A stretch of DNA of 64,000 nt from Eledone cirrhosa (GCA_964016885.1 OZ024761.1:22382001-22446000); one strand, 5' to 3'. Positions 44,244 to 56,880 are shown, counted from the stretch's first letter. The notes: a model not told the origin generated them from the sequence alone. Numbers and translations: made by a program.

Positions 44244-45002
44244 TAACAGATTAAAGTTTAAGCAAAGAATCACTGCTTTCGCCCTTAACGGGATCTTCTG
44301 AAACTAACAAAGTCAATCTGTGATCGCGTGCAATTGTTCTCCCTGCTCCACATATGACGTATTATCTTTGTTTTTTCCGTTCATTGCCAGAGAACGTCTC
44401 TATGAACCATCTAAAAGAATATTAGTCTACGACTTCTTTTATACCATAAACGTGGTTCTGTCTTTGCGTGTAATTGTTTTTCACTGCTCCTATTAATGAC
44501 GTATTATATTCGTTTTTTCCCGTTCTTTGCCAGGGAACATTTCCACGAACCAAAGTATCGTCTTCCTGTCTTCCTCCGGTTGCAACGTTTTTTGAAATAT
44601 TTACTTCTGCGTTCACAGATTGACTTTGTTAGTGTCAGAAGATCCCGTTAAGGGTGAAAGCAGCGATTCTTTGCTTAAACTTTAATCTGTTATTTTAATA
44701 AATATTTGCTCTACGGTTCTTATATATTTGATATATATTAATCCTTATCGAGCCCTCTTTGGATTTTAGTCTTCAAATTTATTATTATTACTATATATAT
44801 ATATATCATCATCATCACCCTTTTACGTCCGTTTCTTCCACGCTAGCATGGGTTAGACAGGTTGTCCTGTTGTGAGCAGTGTCCAGTCAGCTGACCTTGT
44901 CTTGCTCATACGGGAACTGATTCTGGCTTGATATCTACAGCTGGATGCCCTTCCTAACACCAACCACATTTACAATGAGTGCTGGGTGCTTTTTTTCCGT
45001 GG

Positions 45003-45033
<31 letters not shown>

Positions 45034-45283
45034 CACACACACACATATATATATATATGTTAGATAATTCCGATGGAAAAGCAAAAGAAGAAGAGTGCTC
45101 TATGTATAGAACAGAGCTATTTATATATATGTGTATTTCCGAGTCTTGCAAGCAGGGAAAAGTGGACGTAAAATGATGATGATGATGTGTTTGTATGTAA
45201 AAGGTAAACAGAAATAACAACAGAATCGGTACAGTATATGGAAAGAATTTATTAGTTTAATGCTTGATATAGCAGAAAGAGGG

Positions 45284-45319
45284 TGTTAACGTTTCGGATG
45301 CTAGTCCTTCATCAGAAGA
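45284..45319 (-). ncRNA. Family A hammerhead with stem mismatches
   Basis: The core is intact, with one mismatch each in stems I and II. A more decayed copy lies at 30464-30500 (+). Confidence 0.55.
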
Positions 45320-46231
45320 AAGAATATATACACACACACACATATATATATATATACACAGACACACATATATTAAACACACATATACATGAAAAAAACA
45401 AAAAGCAAATTGGACCAACCTCTTTTTATATCCAAAATATCTTCATATAATTACTGTTTCAATTATTATTATTATTATAAATTCTATTTTACACAAAAAC
45501 CCCACACTGTATCATCCTGTAGAAAGCATAGGAGTTACATCCCTTTACGTTCTGAGTTCAAATCCCACCGAGGTAAACTTTGCCTTTCATCCTTTCGGTG
45601 TCGATAAAATAAAACACCAGTAATACACTGGGGTAATTGCTGGCCTTGTGCCAAATGTAGAAACATTGACAGTATTGGTAGAGGGTCAGACATGCTTTCC
45701 AGCATAGAGTTACGTCCCTTTACGATCTGAGTTCAAATCCCGCCGAGGTTGACTTTGCCTTTCATCCTTACGGGGTTGATAAAATAAAGTACCAGTAATG
45801 CTCTGGGTAATTGCTGGCCTTGTGCCTAAAGTAGAAACAATTATTATTATTATGGTAAAAGATGGTTTTGAAGAATCAGAAGAGTTTGAATTAATAAATG
45901 ATGAATAAAAGAGGAAGTATGTGAATATTTGATGAGGTATCTTCTTAATTTCATTAATAAACTCCGTTGGAAGTTGAAGTTTGGGGGTGGAGGAGGGGAG
46001 GGGGGTCTTTTTAGTCTTACAAATATTTTGTAATTTTATTTTATTTTATTTTATTTTACCAAAAAAAAAAAACAATGTAAAGAAAGAAAACATTTTTGTT
46101 CCTGAAATAAATTTTCTTGAGAGAAAATTTTTTTAATTTTTATTCTGATAGAATTCTTATTGTGTTCCGAATAAATGGTTTGAATTATTGAAATGTTAGT
46201 TTTAAACATAATGAGGGAATATGGTTAATGT

Positions 46232-46775
46232 GACTATAGAAGGCAGTGAAGATATGTGATCTAGTGGTTAGGGTGGCCCACAGTCAGGACAGAGTGTGAC
46301 CCACAGTCAGGACATAGGGTGACTCACAATCAGGACATAGGGTGGCCCACAGTCAGGACATAGGGTGGCCCACAATCAGGACATAGGGTGACCCACAGTC
46401 AAGACATAGGGTGACTCACAATCAGGACATAGGGTGGCCCACAGTCAGGACTATAGAAGCTAGTGAAGGTACCTGATCTAGTGGTTAGGGTAACCCACTG
46501 TCAGGACATAGGGTGGCCCACAATCAGGACATAGGGTAACCCACAATCAGGACATAGGGTGGCCTACAATCAGGACATAGGGTGACCCACAGTCAGGACA
46601 TAGGGTGACTCACAATCAGGACATAGCGTGGCCCACAGTCAGGACTATAGAGGGTAGTGAAGGTACCTGATCTAGTGGTTAGGGTGGCCCACAATCAGGA
46701 CATAGGGTGACCCACAATCAGGACATAGGGTAGCCCACAATCAGGACTATAGAGGGTAGTTAAGGTATGTGGTCT
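46232..46775 (+). repeat. Higher-order 23-bp minisatellite
   Basis: ggacatagggtggcccacaatca units interspersed with a longer gactataga...tgatctagtggttagggt unit. Confidence 0.9.
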
Positions 46776-47085
46776 TGTAGTCGACCCCAGTAACATTACT
46801 GGTACTATATTTTATCGACCTCGTAAGGATGAAAGGCAAAGTTAACCTCGGCGGGATTTGAACTCAGACTGTAAAGGGACGTAACTCTATGCTGGAAAGC
46901 ATGGCGCCCGACCCTCTACCAATACTACCAATCCATTGCCCCCCACCTCCCCTTGATAATAATGACAGATATGAAGCTCTCTGTGTGTCATTAAAAGTTA
47001 GTTTTATCTAATCAACATGATACTTGACGCTAATTAGTAGATTTTCTCTCACATATTCTTTATGAAACCACTTGATACAACACAG

Positions 47086-47303
47086 GAATTGGTATTAATC
47101 GGTAGAGCGTCGGACACCATGTCTTGTAGCTTAGAGTTACGGCCCTTTACTTTCTGAGTTTAAATCCCGCCGAGCTTAACTTTGCCTTTCATTCTTACGG
47201 GGTCGATAAAATAAAGTACCAGTAATACACTGGGTTGATTTAATCAACTCTCCCCCTCCCTCAAAATTGCTGGCCTTGTGCCTAAGGTAGAAACAATTAC
47301 TAT
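47086..47303 (+). mobile_element. tRNA-derived SINE (family 2)
   Basis: Box B-like GAGTT(C/T)AAATCC, core gcctttcat(c/t)cttacggggtcgataaaataaagtacc, and tail gcctaa.gtagaaacaatt. Other copies lie at about 1448-1665(-), 14468-14586(+), 17461-17662(+), 35136-35290(-), 36195-36381(-), 45520-45850(+, two in tandem), 46780-46938(-), 54912-55032(+) and 60459-60645(-). Confidence 0.8.
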
Positions 47304-47890
47304 CATTCTTCAAAATCACCATCATCACCACCACCACCACCACCACCACCGCCACCACCACCACCACCACCACCACCACCACCACCACCATCACCACCAC
47401 CACCACCACCACCACCATCACCACCACCACCACCACCATCACCACCATCACCACCCCCACCATCATCACCACCACCACCCCACCACCACACCCCCACCAT
47501 CATCATCCCCCACCCCACCCCCACCCCACCACCATCATCACCATCAACATTATTATGTCTATGGTATCATATCTCTGTATTGAAATCTTTTCCACCACCA
47601 TTGCAGCACTTTAAGTATATAGGTCAGAGGTTAGCGACCTTATTACCACCGACAACCCCTGTTTATTTAAATGAATTCTCCCCCTCCCCTTATTAGGATT
47701 ACCCCCCCCCCCCAGATTGTTATACACCGGGGGGGGGGGGGGGGGCTAATAATTGAAAGAAATGTTTATACTTAGAGAGGAATGGATACCTAACAGTGTC
47801 TGTGTGTATATGTGTGTGTATATATGTGTGTGTGTATATGTGTGTGTGTGTCTCTCTGTGTGTGTCTCTGTGTGTGTGTGTCTGTGTGTG

Positions 47891-47967
<77 letters not shown>

Positions 47968-48402
47968 GTGTGTGTGTGTGTGTCTGTGTGTGTTAAGTTT
48001 TTAACAAAGTATTTGAAATTTGGAAATTAGTTTGTGTACTTCCAGTTCTAACTTTGTGAACCCAGCAACTGACAGACCCCAGGGTGGGAACCACAGGTGT
48101 TCACCTGATGTGATACGTCAAATTATTGATCTGTGCTGTTTATAAATATTTCTAAAAACTTCTTGTCATTATTTTAATGACCTTTGTTATGTTCCAAACA
48201 CCAGCTTAACCCTTTAGCATTTAAACCTGTCATATCAGGTCAGAATTCTCTCACCTCTTTCTATTTAAACTGACTGTAACTGGCCACTCATACTAATGTT
48301 AAGGTATTGTTCTCAATATAAATAACGTCAAAATCTCATAGATTCGATATTATGTGAGATAAAGCCTTTACTACAAAAATACAATAGTAAATATAGAGTA
48401 AT

Positions 48403-48945
48403 CATCATCATCATCATCATCATCAACGTTTAACGTCCGTGTTCCACGCTTGCATGGGTTTGGACGGGGGTAGTCCCGCTTGAGGCAAGAGTGATTGTCT
48501 TGCTCGCATAGGACTGTCTGGCAGGTTTTCTACAGTTGGATGCCCTTCCTAACACCAACCACATTTACAGTGTGGGTCTGGGAGGTTTTTACCGTGTTGC
48601 CTACACGGCCACATTACAGCGTGGACTGTGTGTTTTTTTGTCGTGACACCTACACGATCTCATTTGTTTCGGCCTCGATGGCGCGGCACCAACATAACTT
48701 TACATAGAACGGGGTGGTGTGGATCGGGTGGGGGTGGTGGTGGTGGGACGGGGTGTATTTTGTTAGAGATGCCTACTGGCTGGAGTAGGTTTTATTATAT
48801 ATTTTTAGGTAAGGCGGGTCTTCTCTGTTACTGAGTACCGCCAAAGGTCTCGGTCCAGTGACATTGTCTTGGAGAGGTGTAAGTGTGTGATGTCGGAGTT
48901 TATCAGCTCGTCCCAGGTTTTTCTAGGTCTGCCTATTCCGTGACT
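48403..48945 (-). mobile_element. RTE LINE outer copy, 3' part (C-terminus, 3' UTR, (GAT)n tail)
   Basis: Reads SHGIGRPRKTWDELINSDITHLHLSKTMSLDRDLWR...*, which continues the frame broken at 51241. The (CAT)n tail on + lies at 48403-48425. Confidence 0.88.
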
Positions 48946-51240
48946 CATCATCATCACCGTTTTACGTCCGTTCTTCCACGCTAGCATGGGTTAGACGGGT
49001 TGTCCTGTTGTGGGCAGTGTCTGGTCGGCTGACCATGCCTTGCTCATACAGGAACTGATCTGGCTTGATTTCTACAGCTGGATGCCCTTCCTAACACCAA
49101 CCTCATTTACAGTGAGTGCTGGGTGCTTTTTCGTGGCGCCTACACGTCCACTTTACAGTGTGGGCTGGGTTTTTTTTTGCCGTGGCACCTCCACGACCAC
49201 CTTGCGGTGGGGGGGGGGGGGGGGGGGGGCATATTGTTTATATGCTTCAGCATGTACCCATGGGAGGTCGGGTACCCTGTATTACTGCGTGACGCCAGAA
49301 GTCACGGTCGTGTGTCATTGACTTTGAGAGGTGTAGTTGGGTAAGGTCGGCTTTTATCACCTCATCCCAAGTCATCTTGGGTCTCCCCACTCCGCGGTTT
49401 CCATCAACTTCTAGTGCTCTGCACCTTTTTATGCAGCTGTCATCCTTCATACGCATCACATGTCCATACCAGCGTAACCGCCTCTCCTGCACGCAGCATT
49501 TGATTCCTCTTATGCTCAGTCTCTCTCTCAATTCATTTATGCTTTGTCGTTCACGTATATTACTGTTACACATCCATCGGAGCATGCAGGCTTCGTTTCT
49601 CTCTAATCTACGTAAGTCTTCCACCTTCAGCGCCCAGGTCTCACTACCATGCAACATCGCTGTTCGGATACACGCATCATACAGTCTGCCTTTCATTCTG
49701 AGGGAGAAGCCTTTTGCAGCTAGCAGTGGTAGTAGTTCCCTAAACTTCTTCCATCCCGTTCTTACCCTAGTTATTGTACTTTCTGAGCACCCACCTCCGT
49801 TGCTAATTCGGTCACCTAGGTAGCAGAAGCTGTCTACTGTTTCTACAGGGCCCTCCCAGAGATTGGTGGTACTTGTTTCCTGTGGCTGTTTGCTTGCTGT
49901 TTCAGCACAGCTGCTGCATGTGAATCCTACATTCTTAATTAAGCTTCCTGAGATCCCGCTACATCTCTTGTGTACCCATTGTTTGCATTTGGGGCAAAGA
50001 ATGGAGTTCCTACCTACACCTTTCCTACATACTGAGCAAGGCCATTTCCCTGAGGGGATCTGGGTTCTGTTTTCTCGTCTACTTATAAGGACCTTAGTCT
50101 TTGTCATGTTGACTTTGAGGCCCTTTCTCTCTAGTCCCTGCTTCCAGGTTTGGAATTTATTCTCTAGTTCTACCATAGATTCAGCTATGAGTGCGAGGTC
50201 ATCAGCATACAGGAGTTCCCATGGGCATCCGGTCTTAAACTCCTCCGTTATTGCCTGCAGGACTATGATGAACAGGAGAGGGCTAAGAACAGAGCCCTGG
50301 TTGACCCCAACCTGTACGCTAAATTCCTCGCTATACTCATTGCCAATCCTAACTTTGCTGACTGCTCCCCTATACATGGCTTGTACCGCTTTCACAAGCC
50401 ATTCATCTACTCCTAGTTTTCTAAGAGCCCACCAGATTACTGCACGTGGAACTCTGTCAAAGGCTTTCTCAAGGTCGACAAATGCCAAGTAGAGTGGCTT
50501 ACTTTTAGCTAGGTACTTTTCCTGTAATTGCCTCACAAGGAAGAGCGCATCAGTGGTGCCTTTCCCTGGAACAAACCCAAATTGCATCTCGTCTATATTC
50601 ACCCGGTCCCTAATCAGCTGTGCTATAACTCTTTCTGTTACTTTCATGACCTGGTCCATCAACTTTATACCTCTATAGTTTCCTCTATCTAGTGCATCGC
50701 CTTTACCTTTGTAGCAGTTGACAATGATGCTACTGCACCAATCTTTTGGTATGGCCCCCTCTAGTATTACCTGGTTAACGATACGTGTGGTTATAGTGTG
50801 ACCTACAGACCCAGATGCCTTCAGCATCTCGGCAGCTATACCCGATGGACCGGTTGCCTTCCCTATCTTCATATCTCTGATTGCCTTACTTACTACGCTG
50901 CCGCTGACTTGTACTGCTGGTCCCTCTATAGGGTCTACGTGGGGTAGGGTCTCTTCTTCCCATGCATTCTCCTCATTTAGTAATCTATCATAATGACTCT
51001 TCCATGCATCTTTCTTCTCAGCACTTGTGAGGGCAAGCTCACCTTTATCATTCCGGATACACTTCTCTCCAATGACATCACAACTATCTCTGACACACTG
51101 CCTCGCAATCTTGAATACCTCCTGTTTCTGGTCCTCACGTTGTAAAACATGCTTGAATTTTCTATCCTCTGCTTCCCTCCTAGCTAAGTATACTTGTCGC
51201 CTAGCTTCCCTCTTGGTCTCGGTCTAGCTTCCCTCTTGGT
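48946..51240 (-). mobile_element. 5'-truncated RTE-clade LINE (inner copy) with an uninterrupted RT reading frame, 3' UTR and (GAT)n tail
   Basis: ORF 50872-49247 contains the RT motifs AFVDLEKAFDRV, QGSVLSP and LLYADD, and the RTE C-terminus (RRLRWYGHVMRM, GRPKMTW). By manual translation the frame stays open upstream to about 51220. There is no APE endonuclease domain. The tail reads catcatcatcac on + at 48946-48957. Confidence 0.95.
49247..50872 (-). CDS. Non-LTR retrotransposon reverse transcriptase (RTE clade), partial, with a Cys4-His-Cys3 PHD-like finger
   Basis: 541-aa ORF with the YADD catalytic motif and CSVC...CPKC-x4-H-x2-C...CSSC downstream of the RT core. Confidence 0.9.
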   Translation of the reverse strand: MKIGKATGPSGIAAEMLKASGSVGHTITTRIVNQVILEGAIPKDWCSSIIVNCYKGKGDALDRGNYRGIKLMDQVMKVTERVIAQLIRDRVNIDEMQFGFVPGKGTTDALFLVRQLQEKYLAKSKPLYLAFVDLEKAFDRVPRAVIWWALRKLGVDEWLVKAVQAMYRGAVSKVRIGNEYSEEFSVQVGVNQGSVLSPLLFIIVLQAITEEFKTGCPWELLYADDLALIAESMVELENKFQTWKQGLERKGLKVNMTKTKVLISRRENRTQIPSGKWPCSVCRKGVGRNSILCPKCKQWVHKRCSGISGSLIKNVGFTCSSCAETASKQPQETSTTNLWEGPVETVDSFCYLGDRISNGGGCSESTITRVRTGWKKFRELLPLLAAKGFSLRMKGRLYDACIRTAMLHGSETWALKVEDLRRLERNEACMLRWMCNSNIRERQSINELRERLSIRGIKCCVQERRLRWYGHVMRMKDDSCIKRCRALEVDGNRGVGRPKMTWDEVIKADLTQLHLSKSMTHDRDFWRHAVIQGTRPPMGTC

Positions 51241-52287
51241 ACCGTCTATCTTTATTGCCCTGCACTTTGTTATACAGCTATCGACTTTCATGCGCATCAC
51301 GTGTCCATACCAACGTAGCCTTCTCTCGAGTAAACAACATCTGATCCCTCTTATCTCTAATTTTTTCCTTAGTTCGTTTATGCTTTGCCGTTCACGTATA
51401 TTACTGTTACACATCCAGCGGAGCATGCAAGCTTCGTTCCTCTCTAGTCTGCGTATATCCTCTGCACACAATGCCCAGGTCTCACTGCCATGCAGCATTG
51501 CTGTTCGTATGCAGGCATCGTACAACCTGCCTTTCATTTTTAGTGAGAACCCTTTAGCAGCTAATAGTGGTATAAGCTCTCTGAACTTTTTCCAACCAGT
51601 TCTGACTCTAGCTACAGTACTTTCAGAGCACCCTCCCCCACTGCTGATTTTATCGCCCAGGTAACGGAAGCTGTCCACTATTTCTATAGAACCCTCTGCG
51701 CAATTGAAAGAGCTAGTAGTTTGTGGGCACTTGCTGCTACTTATTGCACCAGAGCACCGGCCACATGTAAAATCTATGTTCTTAGTTAGCTTACCTGTGA
51801 TCCCACTACATCTTTTATGCACCCATACTTTGCATTTAGGACATAAAATGGAGTTTCTACCTACGCCTTTCCTACACACCGAGCACGACCATTTCCCAGA
51901 AGGGACCGCCGCCTTGTTTTCTTTCCTACAAACTAGTACTTTGGTCTTAGCCAGGTTAATTTTAAGTCCTTTTGACTCTAGGCCGTGCTTCCATGTTTGG
52001 AATTTCTTCTCTAGCTCGGCCATTGATTCCGCTATGAGTGTCAGGTCGTCTGCGTATAGGAGTTCCCATGGGCAGCCTGTCTTGAACTCCTCTGTTATAG
52101 CCTGAAGGGCAATAATAAATAGTAGTGGACTGAGAACAGAGCCCTGATGGACGCCAACTTTTACGCTAAACTCTTCACTATATTCGTTGTTAATTCTAAC
52201 CTTGCTGACTGTTTCTTTATACATGGCTTGTATAGCCCTCACAAGCCATTCGTCAACGCCTAGTTTTCTAAGAGCCCACCAGATAAT
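51241..52287 (-). mobile_element. RTE LINE outer copy, 5' part (RT core to near the C-terminus)
   Basis: ORF 52242-51184 contains QGSVLSP, LLYADD and the PHD-like finger. It is clearly homologous to, but diverged from, the inner copy, and breaks at ...IKIDG. Confidence 0.92.
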
Positions 52288-52296
52288 GTAAATACT

Positions 52297-52832
52297 AAAG
52301 GGTTAATGAGATAGACAGTGTCTTTCATTAGAAATATGGTAATGAAAGGGTTAATGACATAGACAGTGTCTTTCATTAGAAATATGGTAATGAAAGGGTT
52401 AATGACATAGACAGTGTCTTTCATTAGAAATATGGTAATGAAAGGGTTAATGACATAGACAGTGTCTTTCATTAGAAATATGGTAATGAAAGGGTTAATG
52501 ACATAGACAGTGTCTTTCATTAGAAATATGGTAATGAAAGGGTTAATGACATAGACAGTGTCTTTCATTAGAAATATGTTAATGAAAGGGTTAATGACAT
52601 AGACAGTGTCTTTCATTAGAAATATGGTAATGAAAGGGTTAATGACATAGACAGTGTCTTTCATTAGAAATATGGTAATGAAAGGGTTAATGACATAGTC
52701 AGTGTCTTTCATTGGAAATATGGTAATGAAAGGGTTAATGACATAGTCAGTGTCTTTCATTAGAAATATGGTAATGAAAGGGTTAATGACAGACAGTGTC
52801 TTTCATTGGAAATATGGTAATGAAAGGGTTAA
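52297..52832. repeat. 48-bp tandem array (11 units), each ending AAAGGG-TTAA
   Basis: Unit tgacatagacagtgtctttcattagaaatatggtaatgaaagggttaa. About 3 further units lie at 61215-61355. Confidence 0.95.
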
Positions 52833-53492
52833 AATGTTTGTATTTTCACCTTTGTTGTTGTTATTGCTGTTACAGTGGTTTATGTGTGTGTTTGTGTTTG
52901 CATGTGTGTCTGTGTGTGTGTTTGTATTTGTAAGCATGTGTGTGTATGTTTGTATTTATATGTATGTGTGTTTGTATTTGTAAGTGTGTGTTTGTATTTG
53001 TGTTTGTATTTATATGTATGTGTGTGTGTATTTGTAAGCGTGTGTGTGTATTTATAGGTATGTGTGTGTGTATTTGTAAGCATGTGTGTGTGTGTGTGTG
53101 TGTTTTCCAAAGCAGCAACACACACACACACAAAAAAAAAAATTAAAAACCAGAAACATTCCAAGACTATTGGAATCTTGCTTCCAAGCGAGGAAATTAA
53201 TACGAAGTGTCTATATTTAGATATTGATCGGCACATTATTGGCGGCAGTCTTACCGAAGGTTATTGAGGAATGGAAAGGCAAGAGACTGTATCTTCCAAT
53301 CTACCAAAAGATGGGTTGCCGTTCATTGGTAAAATCTTACAATAGACATATAAGTGCGTTTTCAGTCGTACATTTAATAAAAACTTAATATGAGATGAAT
53401 TAAGTGTGTCTTTGGGTCTAATGCACTCTGGGTAATTGCTGGCCTTGTGCCTAAAGTAGAAACAATTATATATATATATATATATATATTAT

Positions 53493-53822
53493 GGAGGCAC
53501 ATGGCTTAGTGGTTAGAGCATTGGCCTTGCAATCGAAAGGTTGTGAGTTCAATTCTCAGACCGGGTGATGTGTTGTTTCCTTGAGCAAGACACTTTATTT
53601 CACATTGCTCCAGTTTACTCAGCTGTAGAAATGAGATGATAGGGACTGGGGTCCCTATCATTCCACTGCAAAGTGGTCGTGTAGGTGCCACGGCACAAAA
53701 GCACCCAGCACTCACTGTAAATGAGGTTGGTGTTAGGAAGGGCATCCAGCTGTAGAAATCAAGCCAGAATCAGTTCCCGTCCCACCCTTGCAAGCAGGGA
53801 AAAGCGGACGTAAAATGATGAT
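53493..53822 (+). mobile_element. tRNA-derived composite SINE (family 1), full length
   Basis: Near-identical to 12223-12560. Confidence 0.87.
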
Positions 53823-54016
53823 ATATATATATGATATATATTATATATATATATATATATTATATATTATATATATTTATATATATATTATATATATATA
53901 TATTATATATATATATATATTATATATATATAATATATATTATATTATATATATATTATATATATATATATATATTATATATTATATATATATATTATAT
54001 ATTATATATATTTATA

Positions 54017-54062
<46 letters not shown>

Positions 54063-54278
54063 TAATCATTTATTTTGTTTGACCTGTTTAACTTGATTTG
54101 TTTTTTGTCTTAGGTGGTTAATGCCTTCTTGACCACTTTTCAGTCTGTATGGCGTTTTAACATATTGTTTAGCTCTAGTTTTCTTAACTATTGAGCGCTT
54201 GCCAGCATTTCTACGATTTTGTGTTTCGCTTCGCTTTTTCTACCAGCTGAAATACGATTCTCGCTGAATTTATATTTG

Positions 54279-54380
<102 letters not shown>

Positions 54381-54730
54381 TATATATATAACAAAGTTAT
54401 AGAGCAAGCATCACGAGCGCTCTATCTCAAAATTATTTTTGAAAAGCATTAGAAATGCGCAACCGGTAAAAACTTAAAACTAAAACTGAATACTAACCAA
54501 TACTTATTACTAATTTTTACTTATTCCTAATTAAACTATTTTTCACTGGGAAAAATTTGTCAGCATTTTCTTTTCCTTTTACTAATATATATATATATAT
54601 TATATATATATGCCTATATATATATTATATATATATATATATATTATATATATATATGGAGCTTCCAACAGAAATGGTCGCATTCTTTAAGGGTATGTCA
54701 ATATTTATTTATAAAACTGCTCTATATTAT

Positions 54731-54793
54731 ATTTTATGTGATGAAAGCACACCATAATTTAACTTGGTGTCCTTGAAATATGTATAATGAAAT
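54731..54793 (+). ncRNA. Family D hammerhead with a C3G core change (GTGATGA)
   Basis: The stems are retained. The same core change occurs in the copy at 59721-59784 (-). Confidence 0.55.
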
Positions 54794-55609
54794 AAATATG
54801 GTTTTATAAATATAGTTTTCATTTGTTAATATATCGTATATATTATATAATATATGGAGGCACATGGCTCAGTGGTTAGAGCATTGCAATCACTTTATTT
54901 CATGTTGCTCCTTCTGAGTTCAAATCCCGCCGAGGTTGACTTTGCTTTTCATCCTTACGGGGTCGATAAAATAAAGTACCAGTAATACATATTACGGTAA
55001 TTGCTGGCCTTGTGCCTAACGTAGAAACATTTATTTCACGTTGCTCCAGTTTACTCAGCTGTAGAAATGAGTACCAGCCTGCCCACCCAGCCAGTGGGAT
55101 GGCGTTATCTTATGGCTAAAACAGCACGACGTGCTGTGACCAGCCGCGCAGACTGGTCGGTCAAGGTGGTATATATATATACATACATACACACACGTCT
55201 GTCTATCTATCTATATCTTTCTCCTCTCTCTCTCTCTTTCACCCTGTCTCTGATCATTGAAAATAATCAAGAATTTGGAACAATTTATTTTTATAGCTTT
55301 CTCGTTACTTACTAAGTGTTTGGAACATAACTTAACAAAGGTTCTTACATAAAATTATGATGGAAAGTTTTTAGATAAATTCCTGAACCTTTTCATTACC
55401 ATATTTCTAGTGGAAGACACTGCTTATAATTTTCAGTTTATTTTTTTAAATAATTCAGAATTTGAAATTGTTTAGAAAATAACTTAACCCTTTAGCAGTT
55501 AAACTGCTCGTGTCCAGCCAGAATTCTCTTTTAAATAATTTCTACTAAACCATTACAGTTAAGAGTTAAAGATACACTTCTTCCTTTCTCTCACCATTTT
55601 TACTGGTCC

Positions 55610-56075
55610 TTAACCCTTTAGCATTTAAACTGGCCGTATCTGGCCAGAATTCTCTCACCTCTTTCTGTTCAAACTGGCTGTAACTGGCTACTCATACTGA
55701 CGTCAAGGTATGGTTCTCAAAATAAATATCAAAATCTTGTAGATTTGATATTATGTGAGATATTTATGTGAGGTAAAGTCTTTACTGTGAAAATACAATA
55801 GTATATATAGAGTAATGTAAATGTTATGTGAGGTAAAGCCTTTACTGTGAAAATACAATAGTATATATAGAGTAATGTAAATGTTATGTGAGGTAAAGCC
55901 TTTACTGTGAAAATACAATAGTATATATAGAGTAATGTAAATGTTATGTGAGGTAAAGCCTTTACTGTGACAATAAAATAGTATATATAGAGTAATGTAA
56001 ATGTTATGTGAGGTAAAGCCTTTACTGTGAAAATACAATAGTATATATAGAGTAATGTAAATGTTAAAGGGTTAA
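55610..56075 (-). mobile_element. piggyBac-like MITE P1 with an internal 60-bp tandem array (about 5 units)
   Basis: TTAA-CCCTTTAGCATTTA...TAAATGTTAAAGGG-TTAA, with a 60-bp period. Confidence 0.8.
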
Positions 56076-56421
56076 ATTGGAAACCTTTAAAATAGGTGAG
56101 TTTATTTCATAGAACCGGAGTTGGTCTTGGCCAGTTGGTAACTAAAGGGTTCAAGTTTAAAAAAAGGCAAATTCATCTGTGGTAGGATTTGAACTCAGAA
56201 TATCTAAGTATGAAATAGAACACTATAATGCACCTGCACTTGGCACATTACCAGTTCTGCCAAGATAAACAACACACCTTTTCACACCTGAAAACAGAAG
56301 CACACAGGTTGTATTGATCAGTAGGTATTGAAGAAATTCAATGTATGTTGTATGAATTCACATTTGTATGAATGAATGGAGAAAGACAGCATTGTATGTC
56401 TCACAGCATATTGCTTCATCA

Positions 56422-56458
<37 letters not shown>

Positions 56459-56462
56459 TATG

Positions 56463-56521
<59 letters not shown>

Positions 56522-56582
56522 ATATATATATGTATATATATTTATATTTGTCGGATTTCCAACAAATTAAATACCCCTTCTA

Positions 56583-56650
<68 letters not shown>

Positions 56651-56706
56651 GTTTCTTATTGGCAACATGACCCTCCCAAAGCATAACAATATATATATAT
56701 ATATTT

Positions 56707-56772
<66 letters not shown>

Positions 56773-56880
56773 ATATATAGACATTACATCACTTCAGACT
56801 ACATCAGACAAGGCCAGACATATGTGATGTAATATATATATATATATACACACAGACATACATATATACATACATATATA

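Larger units (their letters stand above)
48206..52306 (-). mobile_element. piggyBac-like MITE P1 split by the nested LINE insertions
   Basis: The left part is 48206-48402. The right terminus taatgtaaatactaaaggg-ttaa is at 52284-52306. Confidence 0.7.

Noticed and set aside
49377-52105. Plus-strand ORFs of 133-209 aa
   Set aside because: They are antisense shadows of the RT reading frames
53245-53320. Possible decayed RT fragment (IEEWK...PIYQK)
   Set aside because: Too short and degenerate to support by eye
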